A DNA stretch of 64,000 bases from Octopus bimaculoides (taxonomy: Eukaryota): assembly GCF_001194135.2 (NCBI RefSeq), contig NC_068990.1, positions 5,353,768-5,417,767 on the forward strand. Reading direction: 5' to 3'. Below, in pieces: positions 11,800 to 24,271 of this stretch (its first letter is position 1; every line of letters starts with the position of its first letter). Both the position numbers and the translations under genes were made by a program. Below the pieces are notes generated by a model. The model was not told where the DNA came from. It searched no databases and saw only the letters and a program-made list of their open reading frames with translations.

Positions 11800-12560
11800 A
11801 ATATGTATACATACAAGAATGATTGAAATACTTGCTACCAAAATCTGGTCAGCTCAGACATGATGACCTTGTTGGGCAATTAGAGTGCAGTGTATGCATG
11901 TTATCATGCAGCAGTGGATGAGTTTGAAATTGCCACTCAAGCAAACGATTTGCAAGACTTGGTGAATTAAGAACTGTTTATGGCAAAAAGTATATAAAGA
12001 TTTCTGGCAAGGGAAAAAAACTTATGAGGATTTTTAATGTGATAGTATAAACTTGGAGAAAGGTTTGAATATGACCTGAAATATAACATACATAGTTAAA
12101 AACAAAGACACATGAAACAACACTACGTTGATAATTTTATTGAAATTATGAAGCAGGTTCAACAAACAATGGATGATAAAAGTAGATCTGTGAAGAGTAA
12201 ATATGTAAATACTTTGATCCAAATATTTTCCCACAGCTCCAAGTACACTGAAATCAACTTTGATCATTTAACTGAAGAAGAAAAAAATTGATGCAATGAC
12301 TTTTACAAACCAGTATGAAAAAATATTTGTTGAAAGTTAATAGGTGGAGTGAATTTTCAAAGCAACACATGATGAATTGGTTTTCCAAACCCTCTAGGAC
12401 TGGCTCAATGCTATGCTTAACAACCCAGTTACAATTTCCAAAGCTACACTTACGTCAATATTTGCATAAAATAATGGCAATTCAACCAGTGTTTAACTGA
12501 ATTATGAAATGGTCTGCCATATTAAACAGCACCAACTTTACAAGGAATAATGCATAGCAG
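11800..12560 (+). mobile_element. Probable hAT transposase C-terminal remnant
   Basis: Stop-riddled coding-like tract; FPKLHL followed by a frame-shifted GNSTSV resembles the hAT dimerisation domain, but ERxFS itself is not intact. Confidence 0.35.
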
Positions 12561-12962
12561 CATTCATATTCAGATATCCTGATATTAGCCACTGTGCTTA
12601 ATTATACATTGATAATCATTCCCCAAAGCTGTCTACTTCATTCATATTTTAATTTGTTCATATTTTGTTACAAAGGAGAGAAAATTACAACCTCAAAATT
12701 TAATTATCTAGTTTTGAAGACATAAATCCTTAATTTGGAGGAAGTCCACTACCCACATTTCCAAAGCAATCTTGTAAAATTTGTACCTGCCATCCATTGA
12801 TTAACAGCATTTAGAAATTTTCATATTGACTTTTGTTTGTATTTCTATAGTTTTCTTTCTAACCTTTCTCATTTAACAATAGATCTTAAATAATTAACAT
12901 CTACCTAAATTAGATAGGAACACATTTCTCACAAGAACACAAATATAAAATTTTTTTCATTA

Positions 12963-13445
12963 ACATCCCTTATAGTTGCGCCCCACCAAAACTGAAATGA
13001 ACTATGCCACATAACTCCTACATGTTTATACAGGACATTCATACAAGTGTTTTTTAATCCATGCCCACTACATGAATCATGTAATACCAAGGTCATAATT
13101 TATGAGAGAATGGCCAAATCCATGGATACAAACCATAATGCAAACCTAAAAAGATAAATTGAATTGACTAAAGGATTCTTCAAATGGTGTGTTTGCTTTG
13201 CAACTAACAAACTCATATTCAGATGATCAAAAACTGGAATATTACAAAGCTTGCAAGTTTCATCCGGTATTTAAAGAATATGGTACACATTTAACATTAG
13301 CTAGAATATTGCCAAACGCTAACAAAAGATATAACCTCTGCATAGCACAAAAGAATGTAATACTAAAGAACTTGCCAAACTATCTTAATGCCAAAACACA
13401 GACTTCAGTTTCTGCATACACAAGACAAAATTATACTTATACATT
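12963..13445 (+). mobile_element. Penelope-like element, GIY-YIG endonuclease C-terminal fossil
   Basis: Across frames and in order: NIPYSC, CPLHESCNTKVIIY, K*IELTKGFFK (cf. YIGLTEGTFK), TKLASFIRYLKN, FNIS*NI, KRYNLCIAQKNVILKNLPNYLNAKT, CIHKTK. Confidence 0.8.
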
Positions 13446-13738
13446 GGATACCCTTCTCTCTGCTCTCTATGTTCCTTTTATCAAGAAGCATGATTCAATC
13501 TTTTCCTAGACTAATATAATTTTATACTTTTATTATATTTTTCTGTTTTTACCAAGGATTTCATAGTCAAATTTTCTCTAAATTATTCTGGAAATTAGAC
13601 TTTTCTGAATTTTTTATTCCCTCTCTTCTTTCTTTCTTTCTTTCTTTCTTCCCTCTCCCTTTTCTTGTAATCTTTCACACTCTCTGTCCCCATCATCCAT
13701 ACACACATGTATACACACATTCCTACATACATACAAAT

Positions 13739-13739
13739 A

Positions 13740-13787
<48 letters not shown>

Positions 13788-13868
13788 CAGTAACAGCAGC
13801 AGCAGCAGTAATGGTAATAGTAGTAGTAGTAGTAGTAACAGCAGCAGCAGCAGCAGTAATAGTAGTGG
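13739..13868. repeat. Compound (AGT)n/(AGC)n repeat with a duplicated block
   Basis: [(agt)n-agtaac-(agc)n-agtaat] occurs twice. Confidence 0.93.
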
Positions 13869-14174
13869 TGGATGTGTTTTGGGTGGATGTGCCATAAGCA
13901 AACAGGTAATGAGAGACATAACCTCCTCCCTAAAATACAGGAGCACAATCTGCTTCAATATACTAAAAAACTATAATTTTCCAACTACAAATTTCATATG
14001 TGTATACTCTGAGCAGTGTAGGAGACGACTTTTGGACATGTAGCATTTGTTTTTGAAATTTCTAGTCTCATGTGGACATAGACTACTCGTACTACTCATT
14101 GTGGCCTGATGAGAGTTTGAAACATTTTCTTTTTCTTTAATTTGAAATTAGCTTTTGCCCTTCTGAATAAATAA

Positions 14175-14395
14175 TAATAATTCTTTCTTTTATTAGCACA
14201 AGTCCTAGAATTTTGTGGTAGGTGACTAGTTGGTTGCATCAACTCTAGTGTTCAACTGGTACTGACTTCATCGACCTTGAACAGATGAAAGGTAAAGTCA
14301 ACCTTCATGGAATTTGAACTCAGAATGTAAAACTGGTCGAAATGTCACTCAGTGTTGTGCTTTGGCATGTTCATGGTTCTGCTTGCTCACTGCCT
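14175..14395 (-). mobile_element. SINE family A
   Basis: caactggtactgacttcatcgaccttgaacagatgaaaggtaaagtcaaccttcatggaatttgaactcagaatg...ctcactgcctt. Confidence 0.8.
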
Positions 14396-15599
14396 TAATG
14401 ATGATGATGATGGTGATGTTGATGATGATCCTTTTGACTAAAGGCACAAGACCTGAAAATTTGGTGGGAGAAAATTAGTCGATAACATTGACCCCACTAT
14501 ATTTTCTAAAGTCCAGATGATACATACTTCAGTCAAACAAATGTCCCGATTTTGTGGCACACTGAATATTCTATCCCCCTCAATTTTCTCTTCCCAAATA
14601 AGTGAGAAAGCAGGCAAATTCATCACTTCTACTAGGAGCAATGGAATGTTTGATTGTGAAGGTTTCATTGAGGAATCAAACTTTGATGGAACCTAATTGC
14701 TGGAGCATGGTGATGAAATTTATGATAGTGATGGTGATGGTACTGTTAGAGTTCACAATAGTAGTGTTGGCTATGGTAATGCTTCTTTTTTGCTTGCCTC
14801 ATGTTGCTTCACTTGAGTTGTTGCTGGTGCTGTTAACTGTTGTAGCAGTGATGATGGCCACGTTGATGCTTTCATTGTCATTGGATGATTTGCTAGCCTT
14901 TTCATTACGATTATTGTTGTTGTTATTTGTGTTAATTGATGCTGCGAGGGTGGTGATATTGTAGGTAATAATGTTTAACAGATTGCTGTCTTCATTACTT
15001 GGTATGTTGTAGACTTTGTTGTTTCTGTTGGTGTATTATTTTGGTGGGGTGGAGAAAAACTTTGAGGTGGGGAAAAACTTCAAAATTATCTCTCACTTTT
15101 CCCTCTAGCAGATTGATTGTCGAAGAACCCCACCATATTTTTACATTCGTGTTGTTTGAAAATAAAAATTTCAGAACTTACCTTTGGAAATGTTTGCCCC
15201 AGGGGCATGAAACAAAGAAGCTAACAAACCTGTAGGGCACTTCACTTAATAACAGGTATATATCAGATATTAACAAGGAAATTGTCTGTGCATATGCAAA
15301 CAAAATAAAAATTTATAGGGAGGAAGTGTCTCAGATAAAAAAAAAAACGTATGCATGTACTATGTACCTGTATGCTCACTGATATTTGTATGCAAGACAT
15401 TTCAACATTGACAATTTGGAGGTGACAATTTGATGCATGCACACACACAAACACACACATTATATATATATATATATATACATATAGGTTCCCCCATTCA
15501 CCATTTTGTTTCCTCATAACTTATATTGGAATTAGATTTTTTTAAAGTGTAAAAATATTCCATTTTTCTGGAAGTTACAAGGAAACAAATTCGGCTGGA

Positions 15600-15609
15600 N
15601 NNNNNNNNN
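15600..15609. other. Assembly gap (10 N)
   Basis: N run. Other gaps: 24093-24102, 26173-26271, 27406-27669, 31864-31873. Confidence 0.99.
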
Positions 15610-16131
15610 TATATTGTGATTTGTGGAAATGCGCAGGGTGATGCAATAAATGTTTATAAATTCCATCCAAGGATTATTGTTATTATTATTATTATATTTA
15701 TCCTACATTATATTGATACAGCTCGATGCAACCCCCAAAAAACTTGTTCACCAGTCAGCATGATTAGACTGGCATAATAGAATACAAGCTTTGGTAAATA
15801 TTTTGTAAAGGACCTGTTTGTACCACGGTGTGAAATAATTTTTTTCCACATGTTTTTTTGAGTGCATTTAATGTATCTCACCTCCAAGCCTGCCACAAGC
15901 TGCTTTTTTCTGGAAAAGAAAGTGGTGGTGGTGGGGAGCTTGGAGTTTCCACCAACAGACTTTTGTTCCATGTTTTTTTTCTTTTCCAGGTTATTTTGCA
16001 TGCTTCCACCAAATGTGACATTGAAATCATGTGTAAATGGCTCCTTTTCCCCAGAAAAAAGAAAGATTTGGGTGCTATTTCTAGCATGCCCTACTACCAC
16101 ACAACAGCTATTTCATATGTATATATATATA

Positions 16132-16240
16132 TAAAAGATCTTTTTCGACTTAACAAAATGAATCATTATCTTCTGCAGTTGTTAAATTGTTAACTGCAGA
16201 AGATAGTCGTTTAATTTGTTAAGTCGAAAAAGCTCTTTTA
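16132..16240. repeat. Imperfect inverted repeat, about 50-bp arms with a short loop
   Basis: Left arm taaaagatctttttcgacttaacaaaatgaatcattatcttctgcagtt; reverse complement of right arm taaaagagctttttcgacttaacaaattaaacgactatcttctgcagtt. Confidence 0.9.
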
Positions 16241-18419
16241 TTCTATTAACTATCACTTCATTAATCGTATTAGGCAACTTTAAAATGGTATTTGTTTTAC
16301 TTTATCTATTTCTTTTTACAATAAACACTTTAGTTTTACAATTTTAGTGCAATCTTTACAAAGTTAAAAGCAGATGAATTAGCTTTAAGGAGTGAATTTT
16401 ATTGTGGAAAAGGCGAAATCACATTGCAGTGAACAGATTTTGCTAAAGTTTGGATAGAAAAGTTGAAAATTGAAAAGAGTTTCGGTGTTGTACGAAAGAC
16501 AAATGTAACTGGTGCATCTACAGTAATGAAAGTTTATGGGAAAATCTCACTATTTCATTCATTTTTAACCTTGAAGAGGGCTGTTGCAAAATCGTAGACT
16601 AAAAGACTTTAAAAGAAAACAAGACCATCTAAGAGTTGATTAATTGCCCAAAAGAAATTAGATAAAATTTATTGACATCTTTCGTTTAACAAAATACATG
16701 CAAACACACACACACACACACTCACACATACGCACGCATGCACTCACACACACACACATACATATACATATATTTACACCCACACACATACTACATAAGA
16801 ATGCATTGCATTATGGGAGCAATGCATTCGTGATACTTATGTTCCATAAGTACTTTCTATGGACTCTGAGTGGTTTTTCTCTCCTCCCAGTCACCAGTTA
16901 TATTATTAATAGTTTTCATTATAATAGACAGCACCAAATATCATTTCTGGAGAAAAATGTTAAAATTAAATGTTTGTGAGTTTGCTTCAGACATTATTCA
17001 TACAGCCAACAACAATGACAGTCACACAGGTACTACAACACGGTTATCATGCCTTCCATGGTGATTGAAACTTCTAAAATATATCACCATTAACCAGCTT
17101 GACCTGAGGGAACGTAATCACCATTGCATTTGGAGACATCCAACGTTCATCTTCTTGGCATTTAGTGTGTCTGACACAAGAAGAGGCCAGCGAAAAAGAA
17201 CCTGGAACAAGAGAAACTCAATTCATCAATCTCATGAAAATCAACCCCACCACCAACATCAGTAAGTTCAAAGGGACAGATGTCAAAAGCTAATAACTTT
17301 TACCACTGCAGCCCCCACACTTTTAAGCTATGAAATTAATGTGCTGATAGTGTCTGTTTACGGGTTAGGCATATTTTTTGATCATGTGACATAAAAGTCA
17401 AAACTAACTTTTCAATATCAAGGAAAGTCATGATTTCTTTCGAATGCATTATTCCATAACGAATTTTATCCAGAACCTTCCCAAGTTTGCAGTAGTAAAG
17501 AGTATTTAATCTTTTCATATCCATGTTGTTTCAGTGATTCCAAATAATTTGCGCTTAAATATGGTATCTTCACATAGTATTATGGATATCTCCTGTTCCA
17601 ATAGTTTTAACGCAGATATTTATCCTCCTGCCTTTGTTTCTTCCATTTCTTCTGAACTGGTACCTTTTCCTAAGATGACCAAAGACAAAATTCAAGCTCT
17701 GACATAGATTTGCACAATTGCAGTTGCCTCAATATTCTGTGCGCTCAAATTCTTGTGGCTGAAGGACTTCGAAAAATCATTCATTCAGTCCTCGTAAATT
17801 TTGTTGGTATCACTAACATTTTGGTATTAACGCATGCAAATGTATTCAACCATGTTCTTTCAAGTTAGTTGCTCAAAAGCAGGAAAACGGCAGCTTATTT
17901 CTCAGTAAAGCACTTTTGTGATTTTTTGAAAGGAAGAACTTTCACCATTAACCTACGCATTACAATCCAACATGGATAAATATTTTCCAAGAGATATTAA
18001 GCACCTTGGTTATATTTCATAGTTTACTGTGGATATTCATCATATCAAGGGTACTGAAAATTCTGCTGAAAATGCATGATCCCTTTCTCATATCAAAGCT
18101 TTGCACTCTGGTCATACATTGAAACATTTTTAACAAAAAAAAAATTCTTTTATAGTTGTTTAAAAAAAAATATCAGAAAAAGAACCGGGGAACGCTTTGT
18201 GTATCTTATGAACTTATTGTTACATGAACTCTATCTCATTATTTATTCCACATTCAAGCATGTTTTTCTTTCTTTTTCCTCTTTGTTTGTTTTTTACACT
18301 TGTGTTGGCATACTGTATTGCTATGTAAATTCTCTGTTTTATTATTTCATCCTTTTCACTTTCATCATAAAGAACTGGGAGGAAGCACTACATGTGATTC
18401 AACATGTCCTTCCTCTCTT

Positions 18420-18975
18420 TTTTGTGCAAAGAGAATTGGAATGGAAGTCAAGAAAAGATTATTGAAGTGCTACATCTGGTCAGTGCTACATCTGGTCAGT
18501 GCTACATCTGGTCAGTGCTACATCTGGTCAGTGCTACATCTGGTCAGTGCTACATCTGGTCGGTGCTAAAATATGGATGTGAGTCTTGGATGATAAGCAA
18601 AGTCATGGAGAAGAGACTCAATGCTGCAGAAATGTGGTTTTATAGAAAAATGCTTAGAATCTCGTGGATACAGAGAGTGTTGAAGAAGATGAAAGTGAAG
18701 AGACAGTTGGTGGATACTAACAGAGAGAGAGAGACAATGGAGATTTGTTGGTCATTTTCTCAGAGACGATGATGGAATGGAGCGTTACATGGTGGAGACT
18801 GAGCTGGTGGGAAGGAGAGCCAGAGGAAGGCAGAGAACGAAGATGTTTGACTGGATGGAGAAGAGGATGGATGTGCAGAGTGAGAAAGATCTGAGTGATG
18901 TTGCAAGATACAGAAATAATTGGAGGAGGAACAAGCCATGATTCGTCAATGACATGAATATGCCATGACACAAGG
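18420..18975 (+). mobile_element. RTE-clade LINE, 5'-truncated 3' end
   Basis: KRIGMEVKKRLLKCYIWSVLKYGCESW...EKRLNAAEMWFYRKMLRISW, then GRRARGRQRTKMFDW...ARYRNNWR and an A-rich end. Confidence 0.88.
18467..18568. repeat. 16-bp minisatellite, 6 units plus a partial
   Basis: gtgctacatctggtca x5, gtgctacatctggtcg, gtgcta. Confidence 0.97.
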
Positions 18976-20939
18976 GAAAAAAAAGTATAGATTTAGGGTG
19001 ATTTGACTGTTATTTCTTGCAATTGAATCAATTATGTGTTATTAGTGCAAACTAGACATAGACAAATACTGCTGTTAAGAAGTCGTCATTACAAGGAATT
19101 GAAACGCTCTTTGGACTAAAGTTATTTTAAAATTTCCTGACACTGATTTAAAAGAATGCCTTTTTCCAAGAAAAACTCCTCATTTGAGCCAGCCTTCATT
19201 TAATTTTATCTACTCTCCTCTCTTAAAACTTAATGAACATACCAACATCAGTTTTTAATCACTCTGTTTATATTATTTTCTCCATATGTCATCAAGCATA
19301 GATTATAATCATATGAAATGTTTTCCCTTAAATCCACCAGAGTTATCACTTTTTCATGGAAACTGAAATGAAATTTATTCCAAGAACTAATCATCTATGT
19401 TATAAAATAATATGGATATCTCAACATAAATTAAGAAACTGCTTTCACATTGTTCACCAAAAGAAGGATTACTGTAAATAGAATTTTCTGCTAGACTTTA
19501 TTTCTTTCTTTGTAATTAAAAATCCTTGGAAACTAAATACTCTTTGTGTTGTTCAAATGTTAATTTGAGACATTTTGACAAAGATTTATGTTCAGTATTG
19601 TGTTCTTTTCGACAAACATTATTTTATGAATGTTTTTTGCAGATTAGCTTTAGTTGCAAATATTTTTTTCTTTCTTTATTACAAAACTTGTCTAAAAATT
19701 CAAACATGATTGGAAGATGATTTGGCAGGTTGAGTGATTGGTTTTCTTGCTTGGAGTCTTGTAACCAATTTTTATGTGATCATTGGCAGTATCACATTGG
19801 AATATTGAGTAAGGAATATTATTTTATTTGCTACAAATTTTCTAATAGAAAATTTTAAAAATTATAAATTTATTACAACACAAAGTTAATATATTAAAGT
19901 AAGGCACCCCACTCTTATCAGACTTAATAATCCTCCAAAAATGTTAAACTTGGTAGGTTTCATTCAGTAACAGTATAAAAGATAATGAAAGGGATAAAAT
20001 AAATCCCTGATGTTACTGCTGTTGCTGCTAATATAATTGGTGTTGTTGATGTTGCTGCTACTAAAAAGACTTTCATCACAAGATGAAGTCAACCACATTA
20101 GGTATATGGAAGAGTAATATAAAGACATCATCACAATTTTTATAGGAAAAACAGTCTGCAGAACAGGTGAAAGAACTGGAGACTACTCGCATGAATACAA
20201 TGAAAGGAAACAGACTATTAACATGTCATGGTGAAATGCAATGGATCAATAAACATCGAAGAAAACAAATGCATTTCTTGTAGCACCTAGAAACTTCTTC
20301 ATAAACTACATTTAAACTGCTCCACTGCAATTTAAAAATCTTCTCTCTCTTTCTCTCTCCCTGAGAGTTTCCTTGACCATAATCCACACCAAAGCAACCT
20401 TTCACCTTTGACAATGACTTTTAGGGTAAAAGGTTTGCAAGCAGGATAGAAAGCTGGACATTGTTTCTAAGTGAGACAATCTAATCTTTCACTAGATTCC
20501 ATTTGTTTATAATATCATTTATAATATAGTCTAGGATGAAGAGGGTAATGAGAGAGCAAAGTATTTACCATTATATGCTTTATGCTGTATTTTGACGTTA
20601 AACATGCCTTAATTGGGAACTGAAACACTCATTCTGCATTGTAGAGTAGCTGTCATCTCTTTCATGTGCTTGTAGTGTCAAAGGTTTAAGTATACTACAA
20701 GGCGCTACAATTTAGTTAATTTCCCCCTTTTCACCTCATCTATAAAGTTATAAAGTTGATGCTGTTGTTGTTGCTGTTGTTGTTGTCCAGTATCATGTCA
20801 GTACTGATTGATGACACTTGTGATCTTGAGCATTTCAATCATAACCATCTTATTAATTATTTAGACCCTGTGTATCTTGGACTACATAATCCAATATTTC
20901 CATTCTCTTTTTTAATGATGGTTCGGTGTGATTTGAGAG

Positions 20940-21292
20940 AGAGAGAGAGAGAAGGAGAGAGAGTGCTTAGGCTGTGATGGTGATCCTCACCTTTGTTGTC
21001 ATCATAATTGTCATTGTCATTGTTGTCATTGCTGCCGTCGTCATCATTGTCATCATTACCTTCACAATCACCAGCTGTCATCACCATCACCACCAACACC
21101 ACAACCATCATCCTTATCATCACCAACACAAACATCAATATCACCACCATCATCATCATCATCTTCTTTATCCCCATCACACCATCACCAACATCCACAT
21201 CATCATCAACACCACCACCACTACCGCAGTCATTGCCATCATCATCGTCGTCGTCATTGTTGTCTTCATCATCATCATCATCAAAACCACCT
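20940..21292. repeat. Degenerate (CAT/CAC/CGT)n low-complexity tract
   Basis: Directly visible; similar tracts at 14700-14990, 36000-36430 and 54838-54947. Confidence 0.9.
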
Positions 21293-22294
21293 AATTCAGA
21301 TTGTGTTCTTTTTATTTGATGATATTTCTCTATGCCATTCATCAGATTGTAATTTTGTCTTTAATTTCAATGCTTTTTCCCTTTCCACAGTTTTGTCCAA
21401 TTATGATGTCGTTACCAAAATTTCCTTATCTCATATCCACTCCTCTTTATCCTCGTGCTACAAATACATAGGTATTCAATTCAAGACATTATTTCGTGTG
21501 TCACACTGCACTCAACTGCCTCTACACTTACACACACACACACACACACACTTGCGTGCACATACACATACACACACACATACACACACACACACACACA
21601 ACATTACCATCCTTCATCCTTGTTATATGTCACTAGAAACACTGATACCATTCTTATCATATAAACTGCTATTGAACATAAATTATTGCAGAAATTTCTT
21701 CGTTCCCAGGTTTTATCCCTGTACTTATTCAATAAATATCTATGCCGATCCAACCTGTTTGACCTCACATTGCAAATTTCGTTTTCATAAACTTTATATT
21801 GAATTAGAATTGAAGAATGGTATCAGGTGATAAATAACTTTGGAAGTAATCATCATTAGATATTTCAACTGTCTATGAGATGTACCGCATAAATTCCGGC
21901 AAATTACTGCTGTCATGAAAACCAATGAAACCCTTCTAGCTTTCTACTGCCACCCCACTACTTCCTCCTCTTCGTAATTTCTAGAGCCGATTTCTGTATA
22001 TGCATCTCTAATTAGTTCACCAATGGCTATGATAAATATTATAACATTAATTTGTCCTTTTCCACCACTACTACCACCATTTTTTGCAACTTGCTGAGTT
22101 AACTTCCATGAAATATTTATCTCTGTATAATATTTCTGTATCATATTAAATTAGTAAGTAACGTGGCACAAGTATCTGTTTGATCATATGATGATTGCAG
22201 TTTAATGTATGCATGTATTTATAAATATATGCATGTGTGTGTCAGTATGTGTACGTGTGCCCACGTATGTATGCCTGTATGGAACTGTGTGTGC

Positions 22295-22361
<67 letters not shown>

Positions 22362-22643
22362 TTTGCTCTTGTCAGTTTCAACGTATGAGTGTTTGAAGGA
22401 GAGGGCATAGAGTTAATGAGAGTAATAGAAAGTAAAGACATGAAGAAGCTGCATCTATTTCCAATAGATGTGTAAATGTAATTTCAGTCCAGACATGGAT
22501 TTTGCTATGAAGTTGCAATGGAGACATTAATGATTTTGAGTTTGTCTGAGATTGAGCAAGTGTGTCTGTTGATTGTGGGATATAGTTCTTCTATTGTTCT
22601 TTTCTCTGTCAGCTCAAATTGTTTGGATGCATCCCATACATAT

Positions 22644-22960
22644 ATCATCATCATCATCATCATTTAATATCTGTTGTCCATGCTTGCATGGTTTGGATGA
22701 TTTGATCAGGGCTGGGAAGCTGAGGGGCTGCACCAGACTCCAATCTGATTTGGCATGGCTTTCTCCAACATCGCTTGACAACCGATGCTGCTGTGTTTAC
22801 ATCCATGTAACTTAGTGGTTCAGCAAAAGAGACCGATAGAATAAGTACTAGGCTTACAAAGAATAAGTCCTGGGGTCAATTTACTCAACTAAAGCCGGTG
22901 CTCCAGCATGGCCGAATTAAAATGACTGAAACAAGTATAAGAGTAAAAGAGTAAAGAGAG
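22644..22960. mobile_element. Abutting SINE pieces: family C 3' end (minus) and family B 3' end (plus)
   Basis: (CAT)n-ttaatatctgttgtccatgcttgcatgg...caccagactccaatctgatttggcatgg, then catcgcttgacaaccgatg...gtgctccagcatggcc...gactgaaacaag. Confidence 0.75.
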
Positions 22961-22974
22961 TATAGGTACATATA

Positions 22975-23070
<96 letters not shown>

Positions 23071-23515
23071 TATATTAACAGTAGTGCACTAGCATGACCG
23101 CAGCTTTGAAGCTAAAACAATTTAAAGATTTAAAGATACAGATCGATACATACATACATACATACACACATGCATACATATATACATGCACACACCCACA
23201 CACCCACACATATATTAATGCTTGGGTTATTAAGAGACAAATATGAAACATGTACTCATAAACGTATTCAGTTTCAATAGGTAATACACTCTACAGTAAG
23301 TATCGAGCACTCATTTTTCTTTGTTGATAAAGAACAAGCTATGACATTTGAATGGAAACACACACACACACACATACACAAACACACATATTTATACAAG
23401 AAAGGAGCATCAGGTCAGGTTTGTCACTGTTTCAGGATACAAACCAATGATACGTTGGTATGACAGAAGAGCCATTCAAACGATAGCTTCCATTGAACAT
23501 CTCTCCTTCCTTTAG

Positions 23516-23706
23516 TGTTACAGAGATGTCGAATGTGAGGAAACATGCCAACTACAAATTGATGCTGAAAGAAAAGACTGTAACCTACGGCAGCAACTGA
23601 CGGAAGATTACTGGAAAGTGCAAACCATATATGAATGGCAGATAAAAATGTGTGGTGTTTGCTGCAGCCAGGAAAATACTAATGCTGATGAACTCACTGA
23701 CACCAG
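23516..23706 (+). CDS. Candidate internal exon, Cys-rich, unidentified
   Basis: ctctccttcctttAG acceptor, 63 open codons (CYRDVECEETCQLQIDAERKDCNLRQQLTEDYWKVQTIYEWQIKMCGVCCSQENTNADELTDT), CAG/GTATAT donor; the other two plus frames are blocked. No domain recognised. Confidence 0.25.
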
Positions 23707-23788
23707 GTATATATTGAAACATCAATATATGTCAAGCACTACATGTATCTAGGCATATTGAATGCATACAAAAAGCAATATATGTGAG

Positions 23789-23823
<35 letters not shown>

Positions 23824-24271
23824 CTAATTTAGAGATGAACCACCACTCTGCAACTCAGTCAATGAAGAACCCATCCAAAACCATGCTGTGAAACATATAC
23901 CATATAAATACTTATCTAAGATTTAAATCCAAAATTTTAATAATTTTAATAGTATATAATATATCATATAAAGAAACATTCATCATAAAAATATAAATTA
24001 GTTATATACATATATATTATATATTACGAAACTCGGTGTAATATTATACTGAATTTTACCTGTAAGGTTGGAATAAGTTCTTATTCCCTAATNNNNNNNN
24101 NNGGAGAATTCATGAAAAAACAACAGACAAAGACAGGTGGTGTAAACAACAAATGGATGTATTTATTATATATATATAATATATATATATATTACACATA
24201 CATAAATGAACACACAGACAGATACACAAATACATGTACATACATTCATGCAGACATACATTTATATATAT

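Noticed and set aside
13189-13509. 106-aa ORF as a stand-alone gene or viral insert
   Set aside because: Only part of it matches the Penelope-like endonuclease frame; the remaining motifs are in other frames, so it is a frameshifted fossil.
18467-18568. CRISPR-like regular repeat (also 34972-35250)
   Set aside because: Head-to-tail units with no unique spacers, no cas genes, and a eukaryotic context.
20857-21342. His-, Asp- and Ser-rich ORFs (also 35999-36453 and 13595-13958)
   Set aside because: Open in several frames on both strands because they are degenerate trinucleotide repeats.
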